A stretch of DNA of 64,000 bases. Source: an uncultured virus (IMG/VR IMGVR_UViG_3300005437_000001). Lineage: Duplodnaviria; Heunggongvirae; Uroviricota; Caudoviricetes. Each line of letters begins with the position of its first letter. Positions within the stretch are counted from its first letter, which is position 1. This document shows, in pieces, positions 47,761 to 56,068 of this stretch. The stretch is taken from IMG/VR virus record IMGVR_UViG_3300005437_000001. The stretch is one strand, 5' to 3'. Position numbers and translations under genes: made by a program. Under the pieces are notes generated by a model. It saw nothing but the letters and a program-made list of their open reading frames with translations. It was not told where the DNA came from and did not search any database.

Positions 47761-50006
47761 GCGGGACAACGGTTCAGTCGGACATGGTGGTGGGTGGGGT
47801 GGCGCTGCCGGACCTGCCGCCCGGGTGGCCGGTGTTGTTCGACACCGAGGGCTCCGGCCTGCACCCCGACGGCGACCCCGGTACCGACACCAACATGCAG
47901 AAGAGCAGTCCACCGGCCCGGGTCAGTGCGGCGAGCGTGGCGTGGATGGACCCCGACACGGGCGAGATCCACAGCCACGCCTGGCCGTTCGACCAGGGCC
48001 CCATGGTCGGCAAGCCGGGCCGGATCCGCCGTCCGAGGGACGGCGGGGGGTACCCGCTGCTGACCCAGGAGGATGTCGACAAGATCTTGTCGAAGTTCCG
48101 CGTCCCCGGGGACGCGGTACCGGCGCCGGGGGAGGACATGGTCGGCGAGGTGCCGGACCGGCCGATGACCTACGAGGAGGCCTGCCCCAACCTGGGGCTG
48201 GAACACTGGATCAACCTGCTGCGGTGGCTGCGGGCGCGCGACTACATCGTGATGCACAACGCCAAGCACGACCTGACCGTGGCCACGGTGGGCCCGCGCG
48301 AGGAGATCGCCCGGGACCAGTGGCTGCACAACCCCCGGCTGCGCGCCGAGTTCAGCCCGCAGGCCCAGCAGGCGATCGACCCGATCCTGTGGGGAGACGA
48401 CCCGCTCGGCCCCGTATTCGGGCTGGACATCGACAAGCACTGCCCCAATACCAAGCTGGCCGACACGATGCTGATCCAGGCGCTGCTGGATCCGCTGCAC
48501 CCGGTGGCCCTGAAGCGGACCGCCCGCCGGATCTGGGGCGAGGACAGCACCCGGGAGGAGGAGGAGCTGGCCGCCGCGCTCAAGAAACTGGGCGTCGGCC
48601 TGACCAAGCGGTACGACCTGATCCCCTGGCCGATCATCGGCCCATACGCGGCCCGGGACGCAGAGCTTGCCCTGATGCTGCTGTACCGCCAGATCGCCCG
48701 GATCGAGCAGGGCGACGCCCCGCCCGGGGCCTGGGACCAGATCGACAAGGACATCGACCTGATGCGGGTGCTGTATCGGATGCAGCGCCGGGGCATGAGC
48801 TACGACGCCAAGACCAGCATGCAGGCGGCGGCCGACCTCCAGGCCGAGATGGACAACATCGCCCGAGATCTGCCGTTCGACCCGGCCAAGGTCCAGGAGG
48901 TCGGCCGGTACTACTTCGGGGCCAAGGAGGACGGCGGGCGCGGGCTGACGCCCATCAAGGTCACCGACAAGCGCCGGGACCCGTGCGTGGACGAGGCCCA
49001 GATCCGGCTGCTGGTCCAGGACGGCGAGCCGTACGCGGCCGAGTACGACGACTGGTCGCACTGCAAGAGCGCGCTGGGCAAGTGGTACCGGGGCTGGGCG
49101 ATGCGGACCGGCCCGGACGGACGGCTGCGCACCGACTTCATGCAGACCGCCATCGAGTCGGACCGGCCCGGCGCCCCCAAGGGCGGGGCGATCTCCGGCC
49201 GCCTGGCCGTCTCCCGGGTCCAGCTGCAGGCTATCCCCCACTTCAATCAGCTGCCCGACGTGGTCAAGGACCGACCGGTCCGGGGCCTGATCGGCGCGCG
49301 GCCCGGCTACGCCTTGTGGGAGATGGACCTGCCCCAGGGCGAGGTCCGTATCGCGACGGTGGTGACCGGCTGCTCTGCCATGTGGGACGTGATCGACTCG
49401 GGCGAGGACCTGCACGGCGCCAACGCCAAGCGGATCTGGGGGATCCTGGAGACCGACCCCACCTTCCAGGACCTGCGGGGCGTCGGCAAGCGGGTCACAT
49501 TCGGCACCATGTACGGCGCTGGTATCGACACGCTGCGCGCCCAGATCCTGGAGTACACGGGCCTGGAGTACAGCCGCAGGGAGACGGCCGAGGCACGCGA
49601 CGCGTTCTACGCCCAGTTCCCCGAGTTCCGCACCGTGCCGTACCGGATCCAGTGCAAGGCCGACAAGGGGCTGGGCGGAGTCGGCTACGTCACCCTGATC
49701 GACGGGCGGCGCCGCTGGTTCGGTCCGGACGAGCACACGCATAAGGCGTTCAACGCGGTCATCCAGGGCGACCTGGCCCAGACCGGCAAGACCTGGATGA
49801 TCCAGGTCGAGCGGGAGCTGCCGGGCATCCAGGTGCTGGCCATCCACGACAGCATGGTGGTCGAGGTGCCGGACACCGACGCGGGCTACTCTCTCGCCCA
49901 GCAGGCGGCGGCCATCGGCACGGAGATCTACGAGCGCGACTACTCGGTCCGTGGCCGCAAGATGTCCTTCCCGATCGTCCCCGAGCGCTGGAAGGCCACC
50001 AAGTGA
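47757..50006 (+). CDS. Family A DNA polymerase with 3'-5' exonuclease (candidate DpoZ)
   Basis: Exo motifs FDTEG, HNAKHD and YAARDA; polymerase motifs SGRL, DLPQGEVR (A), RGVGKRVTFGTMYG (B) and IHDS (C). Confidence 0.92.
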   Translation: MSGTTVQSDMVVGGVALPDLPPGWPVLFDTEGSGLHPDGDPGTDTNMQKSSPPARVSAASVAWMDPDTGEIHSHAWPFDQGPMVGKPGRIRRPRDGGGYPLLTQEDVDKILSKFRVPGDAVPAPGEDMVGEVPDRPMTYEEACPNLGLEHWINLLRWLRARDYIVMHNAKHDLTVATVGPREEIARDQWLHNPRLRAEFSPQAQQAIDPILWGDDPLGPVFGLDIDKHCPNTKLADTMLIQALLDPLHPVALKRTARRIWGEDSTREEEELAAALKKLGVGLTKRYDLIPWPIIGPYAARDAELALMLLYRQIARIEQGDAPPGAWDQIDKDIDLMRVLYRMQRRGMSYDAKTSMQAAADLQAEMDNIARDLPFDPAKVQEVGRYYFGAKEDGGRGLTPIKVTDKRRDPCVDEAQIRLLVQDGEPYAAEYDDWSHCKSALGKWYRGWAMRTGPDGRLRTDFMQTAIESDRPGAPKGGAISGRLAVSRVQLQAIPHFNQLPDVVKDRPVRGLIGARPGYALWEMDLPQGEVRIATVVTGCSAMWDVIDSGEDLHGANAKRIWGILETDPTFQDLRGVGKRVTFGTMYGAGIDTLRAQILEYTGLEYSRRETAEARDAFYAQFPEFRTVPYRIQCKADKGLGGVGYVTLIDGRRRWFGPDEHTHKAFNAVIQGDLAQTGKTWMIQVERELPGIQVLAIHDSMVVEVPDTDAGYSLAQQAAAIGTEIYERDYSVRGRKMSFPIVPERWKATK

Positions 50007-50248
50007 CCGGCTCCCGGCAGCAGCTGTTCGAACTGGTCCGCCAGACGCTGTTCGATACCGCCCACGGACGGTTCGAGTGGCCCCAGACCGACAACCCCGG
50101 AGTGTTGGCCGCAGCCGTGGTCGACGCTCTGGCCGACGGCTGGTTGGTCAAGGGCCCACAGGCGTGGAAGGTCCAGGAGATCGACTGGAGAGGACCCGAC
50201 GCGTCCGGCGATAGCGTGGAGATCGTGGCCTACGTTGATCCGTCTTGA
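50003..50248 (+). CDS. Hypothetical protein
   Basis: GTGA-coupled to polA. Confidence 0.5.
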   Translation: MTGSRQQLFELVRQTLFDTAHGRFEWPQTDNPGVLAAAVVDALADGWLVKGPQAWKVQEIDWRGPDASGDSVEIVAYVDPS

Positions 50249-50274
50249 CAGGAAGTCAAGTGGTAGGGTAGTGT
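50245..50274 (+). promoter_or_regulatory. Promoter with perfect operator
   Basis: TTGACA-18-TAGTGT; operator TTGAC-AGGAA-GTCAA. Confidence 0.75.
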
Positions 50275-50298
50275 ACCGGGGACGAGGAGGTAGACACG

Positions 50299-51042
50299 AT
50301 GAGCAAGGCACTCATCCCGCACGCGTTCCCCGAGGTCGACCGGATCGACGCAGCGGTCGGCGGCGGCCGGTACACCCGGATCAGCGCCCGGCCGCCGGTC
50401 GAGGTGCGGGTCCCGTGGACCCGCACCGGGTACGCCCGGTACCAGGCGTATCCGCTGGTTGACTGGGACGCGGGCAGGATCCGGTACGTGATCCCCCGGA
50501 TGCACGACGGTATCGTCCAGGTCGGCTGGGCCGACTGGAGCGAGCCGCTGTCCGACCAGGTCCTGGAGATCTGGCTGGGGCGTCCGCCGGAAACCGGGAC
50601 GGCCCGGGACCGACTGCGCGCCAGCGTACATATGCCCGAGGTCAACAACCAGATCGTGATCGGCCGCGCGGTGCTGCCGGTGGAGCGGGTCGGTGCGGGC
50701 AGGGGCTGGCTGCAGGTCGACAAGTGGGACGCCCGGGTGGATGGATCGTCCAACTACGCCCCGGCCACGCCCAAGACGGCCGCCCTGGTCGAGGACGTGG
50801 TGTACCGGCTGGTGCGCTGGCACTTCCTGAGCTGGGGCGGCCGTACCGACCTGTATCGGGCGTTCGACCGCCATCGCGCCATCCGGCGCCTGCGCGAGTC
50901 GGACGCCGAGCAGCGGCGGCTGGGCGCCGAGATCGGCAGACTGCAGGACAGGCTGGCCCAGGAGCGCGCCTATCGTCCGGCTCTGGCCGAGGTAGCCAAC
51001 CGGCCGCCGGTCCAGCCCTGGGACCAGGTGGTGCTCGGATGA
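50299..51042 (+). CDS. Hypothetical protein
   Basis: GAGGAGG RBS; 247 aa. Confidence 0.7.
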   Translation: MSKALIPHAFPEVDRIDAAVGGGRYTRISARPPVEVRVPWTRTGYARYQAYPLVDWDAGRIRYVIPRMHDGIVQVGWADWSEPLSDQVLEIWLGRPPETGTARDRLRASVHMPEVNNQIVIGRAVLPVERVGAGRGWLQVDKWDARVDGSSNYAPATPKTAALVEDVVYRLVRWHFLSWGGRTDLYRAFDRHRAIRRLRESDAEQRRLGAEIGRLQDRLAQERAYRPALAEVANRPPVQPWDQVVLG

Positions 51043-51434
51043 GCTTCATCAACCCGGAAGACTACGCACCCGGCGCGCGGCCCCAGCGGGTGCAGATCGG
51101 GCGCAAGAATCCAGAGGGACTGGTCCTGATCGGAGAATTCGGCGGTCAGACTGCCGTGGCGGGGCTGGACTGGAACGGCGTACACGCGTTGATAGCGGAC
51201 CTGAATCAGGCACTGTGGGAGAGGGGAAGGTGGCTGCAGGATGAGCGGCGGCGCGCACAGACAGATCTTGACGGAGAGCAGTCCGGGAGGGGTGGTGCTG
51301 TTCCGTTCGGACCTGAGCGAGCAGCTGACCCTGGACTGGGACGAGGTGTTCAAGCTGGTGGGTCTGCTGGCTGACGAGTCGCGCAAGCGCAAGGATATGC
51401 TGGAGCGGGAGCTGGCCCGGTGGGTGAGGCAGGG

Positions 51435-51854
51435 ATGATGACCGTCACCGACCGGATGCTCAAGCAGATGGCCGATCATGCCGCCGACGAGTACCCCCGT
51501 GAGTGCTGCGGCGCGCTGGCCGGGCCGATCGGGTCGAGCACGGTCACCGAGATGGTGCGCTGCCGTAACGAGGCGGCCGACCCCCGATCGTTCTACGAGA
51601 TCGGCGCCGAGCGGCTGATCGGGCTGTACGGCGAGCTGGGCGCGCGCGGGCTGGAGCCGGTGGCCTGGTACCACAGCCACCCGTCCGGTCCGCCACTGCC
51701 CAGCCGTACCGACATCAACTACATGGCCGACCCCCGGGTCAGGTATCTGATCCTGGGCAAGGTCGACGACAGCATGGTGGCAACCTGCTGGCGCGTCAAC
51801 CCCATGACAGGCCAGCCGTACGAGGAGGAGGTCGACGTTGTCAGAACCGCGTGA
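51435..51854 (+). CDS. JAB/MPN+ (M67) metalloprotease
   Basis: YPRECCG and YHSHP...P.PS..D (JAMM motif). Confidence 0.9.
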   Translation: MMTVTDRMLKQMADHAADEYPRECCGALAGPIGSSTVTEMVRCRNEAADPRSFYEIGAERLIGLYGELGARGLEPVAWYHSHPSGPPLPSRTDINYMADPRVRYLILGKVDDSMVATCWRVNPMTGQPYEEEVDVVRTA

Positions 51855-52182
51855 TCGGGGCGACTACGGGCCGCCCGGCTGGATGGAGCCGTTCCTGGGC
51901 CTGCTCGGCGGCCGGGACGAGGTCGTCCGGCTGATGAGCGGCAAGCCCGCCAGGGTAGACGTGAATGCCCCGCTGGCACTCATGCAGGTCCAGATGGCCG
52001 CCCAGATCCAGATGCTGCGGTACCTGCGGCGCGACGGCCTGCTGCTGCGACCCGGCGACAGGGAGACTGTACTGGAGGCGGTCGACGCGCACCTGGACCA
52101 CATCCACCGGGACGACCACGCGTTCGTTGTCGGCGGGCTGCGGGACTGGCTCAGGCCCGCCGACAAGGCAGAGGAGGACTGA
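51838..52182 (+). CDS. Hypothetical protein, paralog A
   Basis: Similar to the next ORF. Confidence 0.65.
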   Translation: MSEPRDRGDYGPPGWMEPFLGLLGGRDEVVRLMSGKPARVDVNAPLALMQVQMAAQIQMLRYLRRDGLLLRPGDRETVLEAVDAHLDHIHRDDHAFVVGGLRDWLRPADKAEED

Positions 52183-52183
52183 T

Positions 52184-52441
52184 ATGACCAAGCACGCCAG
52201 ACATCAGGACCCGTACGGCCGGTACCAGGTGCCGCCGTGGCTGGCTCCGTATCTGGACCTGCTCGGCGGGGAGATGGAGGTGGTGCGCCTGATGAGCGGC
52301 CCGCGCGCCGTGTCCACCAGGGACCCGGCGCTGGCGATCGCCCAGGAGCGCATATCGGCCAAGGTGGACGTGATCCGGGGGCTGCACGAGTCGGGGCGGC
52401 TGGCGCCGTTCCCGGGCGCACAGGGAGCGGCCGGTGTTTAA
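52184..52441 (+). CDS. Hypothetical protein, paralog B
   Basis: PW..P.L.LLGG..EVVRLMSG shared with paralog A; GAGGAGG RBS. Confidence 0.65.
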   Translation: MTKHARHQDPYGRYQVPPWLAPYLDLLGGEMEVVRLMSGPRAVSTRDPALAIAQERISAKVDVIRGLHESGRLAPFPGAQGAAGV

Positions 52442-52907
52442 CCGCCCGCCGGACCTGGACGAGATCCGGGAGCGCAGCAACAGGCGGTTCGGCAACCGCC
52501 GGGAGATGCTGTACATCCCGCCCACGCCGACCGAGCACCACGTCAGGGCCCTGCTGAAGTATGTCGACGAGCTGGAACAGGACCTGCACTTCTCCCGCTT
52601 GCGTGAGGAGGGCAACCGACGGGGCGTGCGGGTGGAGTACGCCCTGCCGCGCGGATGCGCCGTGCCGGACGAGCGCAACCCGAAGGTCCCGGCCGTCCCC
52701 GGGCCGATCAGACACCACGTCAGCCCGCCTGCCGAGGGGTCGCCCGTCCAGGTCGGTGGCCAGTCGTTCGTGGTCAAGTCGCTGGCGTGGTTCATCGACC
52801 CGGCCGACCCCCGCAACGACTCGGTCCGGGTCAACCTGTGGGGCGTGCGCGAGTACGCCCGGTGGCGCAACCGGGAGAGGAAGGCGGGACGATGGGTGGC
52901 AAAGTAG
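52434..52907 (+). CDS. Hypothetical protein
   Basis: DLDEIRER...HVRALL.YVDEL pattern. Confidence 0.55.
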   Translation: MFNRPPDLDEIRERSNRRFGNRREMLYIPPTPTEHHVRALLKYVDELEQDLHFSRLREEGNRRGVRVEYALPRGCAVPDERNPKVPAVPGPIRHHVSPPAEGSPVQVGGQSFVVKSLAWFIDPADPRNDSVRVNLWGVREYARWRNRERKAGRWVAK

Positions 52908-53296
52908 TGCTGTGGCTCAGCGTGACGGTCCGTGCCAGTTCGTTCGGCGCGGGCGGCATGCTGCTGGTCCGCGAGGTGCAGATGGGGTTTCTGCCGGACC
53001 TGGGCGACGCGGACACGATGGAGCTGTACTCCCGCCCGGAGGGGTCCGGAGAGGGTCCGATGTGGGGGTTCAGGCGCCGATACTGGGACTTCGACGGTAC
53101 CTGCAACCTGGAGATGCAGCAGATGCACATCGACCCTCAGGGGCCGCTGCGCGACCACCTGGAGCGGCGCACGGTCGGTCCGCCCCGTCGCGACCGGGTC
53201 TGGTGGACCGACCAAGACGGCGACCCCGTTCCGACGCTGCTGGCCAGCGGGTGGCGAACCTACGAGGGATGGAAGGCGGAGCGGTGGCCAGGCTAG
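52892..53296 (+). CDS. Hypothetical protein
   Basis: Overlaps neighbours in operon fashion. Confidence 0.55.
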   Translation: MGGKVVLWLSVTVRASSFGAGGMLLVREVQMGFLPDLGDADTMELYSRPEGSGEGPMWGFRRRYWDFDGTCNLEMQQMHIDPQGPLRDHLERRTVGPPRRDRVWWTDQDGDPVPTLLASGWRTYEGWKAERWPG

Positions 53297-53850
53297 CCAG
53301 TCATGACTACACCGAGCTTCCCGGCACTTGGTGGAGCGTGGACCCGGGCGACGTTCACGTCGGGCTGGCCGAGTGGCGCGGAGCGGTGTGCGTGGCGGCT
53401 ACCGAGACCTCGCCCACCCTGTTCGAGGACCGGCTCATGGAGGTGTGTCGCGGGACACCTAGAGCGGTTCAATGGGCCGAGGCGGTGGGAGGGGTGGCGC
53501 TGCCGGACCTGGTGATCATCGAGCGGTTCGCCCTGCGGGGCGAGTTCATGGCCCAGCAGCAGGGCAGCGAGTTCCTGACCAGCCAGATGATCGGGTCCAC
53601 CCGGTTCATCTGCCGCTGGTTCGGCAAGCCGCTGGTCATCCAGACTCCCGACCAGCACAAGCTGGTACTGAAGCGCGACCCGTGGCGGGACTGGCCGCAG
53701 CGCAGGTTCAAGTCCTACGGACACGGCCCGCACGCCAAGTCGGCCGAGCTGCACGGGTACTTCTTCATAGAGAGCGTCCTGCGCAGGCAGGGGGCGGCGG
53801 CACTGGAGGCGTGGAAGCGGACGATACGTCCGGCGCCCCGCACCGGATAG
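53284..53850 (+). CDS. RuvC-like (RNase H fold) resolvase
   Basis: SVDPG..HVGLA, DLVIIE.F and SQMIG; C-terminal H...A..H. Confidence 0.7.
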   Translation: MARLASHDYTELPGTWWSVDPGDVHVGLAEWRGAVCVAATETSPTLFEDRLMEVCRGTPRAVQWAEAVGGVALPDLVIIERFALRGEFMAQQQGSEFLTSQMIGSTRFICRWFGKPLVIQTPDQHKLVLKRDPWRDWPQRRFKSYGHGPHAKSAELHGYFFIESVLRRQGAAALEAWKRTIRPAPRTG

Positions 53851-53875
53851 GCGGGAGTGCGCAGGACGCGCGCTC

Positions 53876-53905
53876 TTGACCGGCGGCCAAGCAGGGTGGG
53901 ATACT
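53876..53905 (+). promoter_or_regulatory. Promoter and operator of the purZ module
   Basis: TTGACC-18-GATACT; operator TTGAC-CGGCG-GCCAA. Confidence 0.6.
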
Positions 53906-53946
53906 ACTGCCCAGATGGCCGGACAGCCAACCAAAGGGAGGACATC

Positions 53947-55098
53947 TTGCAAGGCAAGCTGTATGTGGTGGTCGGCGGACAGTTCGGAAGTGAGGGCAAG
54001 GGCGCGGTGGCCGGTCGGCTGGCCGCAGACCTGGAGAACCGGAGCCACACCGTGGTCGGCGTCCGAGTCGGCGGACCCAACGCCGGGCACACGGTGCTGG
54101 GCCACTGTCCGGCCGACTGCGACGAGCAGGACCACCAGCCGACCGGGACGCACCCGTGCGGCAGGCACCCGTGGCGGCTGCGGCAGGTCCCGGTGTCGGC
54201 GGTCACGGCGCCGCTGTCGGACCTGGTGATCGCCGAGGGCAGCGAGATCGATCCCGACGTGCTGGTGCACGAGGTCCGGCAGCTGGACAGCGCCGGGTAC
54301 AAGGTGACCGAGCGGCTGCTGATCGACGCCACGACCACCGTGATCGAGCCGCACCACCGGCAGGCCGAGCGGCTGGTGCTGCGCGACCGGATCGGGTCGA
54401 CGGCCAAGGGTATCGGTGCGGCGCGGTCGGCCCGGACGCTGCGCGAAGCCCACCTGTGGGGCAAGGTTCACTCGCAGTACGACCTGGGCTGCACCTACGG
54501 GACGGCCCGGATGCTGGACGGACAGCTCAGGTCGCCGAACGGCGCGGTGGTGATCGAGGGCACCCAGGGGTACGGGCTGGGCCAGCATGCCGGGTACTAC
54601 CCGTTCTGTACGTCGGGCGACTGCCGGGCGACCGACTTCCTGGCCCAGGCCGGGGTCGGTCTGTGGCCGTGGCGCGGCAGCCGGATCCGTGTCCTGGTCT
54701 GCATGCGCCCGTACCCGATCCGCGTCGCCGGGAGCAGCGGCCCGCTGAAGGGGGAGACCAGCTGGGAGACGCTGGGCCTGCCGCAGGAGCTGACCACGGT
54801 CACCCAGAAGGTCCGCCGGGTCGGAAGATGGGACGCCGAGCTGGCCGCCGAGGCGTTCAAGGCCAACGGCGCGCCCAGCGACAGCGTCCTGCTGGCCGCC
54901 ACCATGTTCGACCAGATCGAGTCGGAGGTGGCCGGATCGAATGCCACCGGGTCCAGTATCTTCCCCCGGCTCGACGTGCTGTCGTACACGGCCCGGTTCA
55001 AACTGGCCCGGATGGCGCAGGACTGCCTGGACTCGACCGTGGCGTACGTGGGCACCGGGCCGGACACGGCCATGGTGGACGAGAGGATCTACGAGTGA
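53947..55098 (+). CDS. purZ: 2-aminoadenylosuccinate (dSMP) synthetase, PurZ0-type
   Basis: GGQFGSEGKG (Ser in place of the PurA Asp), GPNAGH, GSTAKGIG, EGTQGYGL, PIRVAGSSG, TTVT.K.RRVG and GTGP; TTG start after GGGAGG. Confidence 0.88.
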   Translation: MQGKLYVVVGGQFGSEGKGAVAGRLAADLENRSHTVVGVRVGGPNAGHTVLGHCPADCDEQDHQPTGTHPCGRHPWRLRQVPVSAVTAPLSDLVIAEGSEIDPDVLVHEVRQLDSAGYKVTERLLIDATTTVIEPHHRQAERLVLRDRIGSTAKGIGAARSARTLREAHLWGKVHSQYDLGCTYGTARMLDGQLRSPNGAVVIEGTQGYGLGQHAGYYPFCTSGDCRATDFLAQAGVGLWPWRGSRIRVLVCMRPYPIRVAGSSGPLKGETSWETLGLPQELTTVTQKVRRVGRWDAELAAEAFKANGAPSDSVLLAATMFDQIESEVAGSNATGSSIFPRLDVLSYTARFKLARMAQDCLDSTVAYVGTGPDTAMVDERIYE

Positions 55099-55772
55099 CC
55101 GGCAACGGAGAGCACCGCAGGCCCAAGGTCCAGGGCACGATGGACCAGACCGCCGTGCTGCCCGCCGTCTTCGACGATGGGCAGCGGGAGCCGGGCACCG
55201 ATCCGGAGCCGACCGGGGCGCTGGCGGTCGGCGGAGTGGTCGATCCGGCCCGCGCCCCCCGGATCTTCGACCCGGTGGCACCGGGTGCGCCGATCCCCAC
55301 TCCGCAGCAGGCTGCCCTGCTGCCGCCGCGCGTGACCGAGGTCAGGGTCAATGAGGCCGACGCCCGTCCGAGCCCGCCGCGCGAGTGGACGGGGGTGGCA
55401 ACCGGGCTGCTGCACGCCGAGCAGGTGCACGAGCTGCAGGGCCGCGAGACCGCCGGGCCCGCACCCGACCTGGAGGCGTGGTGGGTGTCGATCGCCCGGG
55501 GCGACGCACACGCGGCGGCTATCAAGGCGGCGGCCTACGGCAGCAACAGCCTGATGGAGGAGGGGCGCAAGGTCGCCAAGCTGCAGGGCCGCGAGGTCAC
55601 CGACGACGAAGCGCTGGAGCTGGGCTGCTGGAACTACATCACCGGCAAGTCCGGACGGTGGAGCGACGCCGTCCTGCGCGGCGAGCGGGTCGGCGACGAT
55701 ACGCTGCTGGACATCGTGACCTACGCCATGATGGCTCGGCGGATCCGAGCGGCCGGAAACTGGCCGGGTTGA
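55095..55772 (+). CDS. Putative MazG-like / nucleotide-modification-associated protein
   Basis: C-terminal helical domain K...YG...GK..R...DTLLDIVTYAMM; coupled to purZ. Confidence 0.6.
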   Translation: MTGNGEHRRPKVQGTMDQTAVLPAVFDDGQREPGTDPEPTGALAVGGVVDPARAPRIFDPVAPGAPIPTPQQAALLPPRVTEVRVNEADARPSPPREWTGVATGLLHAEQVHELQGRETAGPAPDLEAWWVSIARGDAHAAAIKAAAYGSNSLMEEGRKVAKLQGREVTDDEALELGCWNYITGKSGRWSDAVLRGERVGDDTLLDIVTYAMMARRIRAAGNWPG

Positions 55773-56068
55773 GCAGGCCCACCGTGGCCGAGCTGCAGTC
55801 GTCGGCGGCCCAGCTGAGCCAGCAGCTGAACTGGCTCAGCAGCAGGAACCGCGCCCGGCTCAGGACGGCCTATGTCCAGCTGCTGATGGACCACCACACC
55901 CGGCGGGGTACCGATCCGGCCATCCTCGTATCGGGTGTGGTGATCTGGCTGGCGACCGGCGGCGACAGGTCCGGCGACCCGGTCAACCAGCTGTGGTACG
56001 CCGTCGACCTGGTGGCCAACCAGGTCAAGAGCCGGTACTACGACCTGTCGGAGGTGACAGAACATTGA
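55769..56068 (+). CDS. Hypothetical protein
   Basis: TTGA-coupled within the purZ operon. Confidence 0.5.
   Translation: MSRPTVAELQSSAAQLSQQLNWLSSRNRARLRTAYVQLLMDHHTRRGTDPAILVSGVVIWLATGGDRSGDPVNQLWYAVDLVANQVKSRYYDLSEVTEH

Noticed and set aside
44549..49847. Very long antisense or alternate-frame ORFs (for example 44549-47008, 47625-49847, 20135-22507)
   Set aside because: These are shadow ORFs expected from high GC3 codon bias opposite real genes; they have no motifs or RBS.
53947..55098. Ordinary adenylosuccinate synthetase (purA) as an auxiliary metabolic gene
   Set aside because: The catalytic Asp of GDEGKG is Ser here, and the size, motifs and neighbours fit PurZ/PurZ0.
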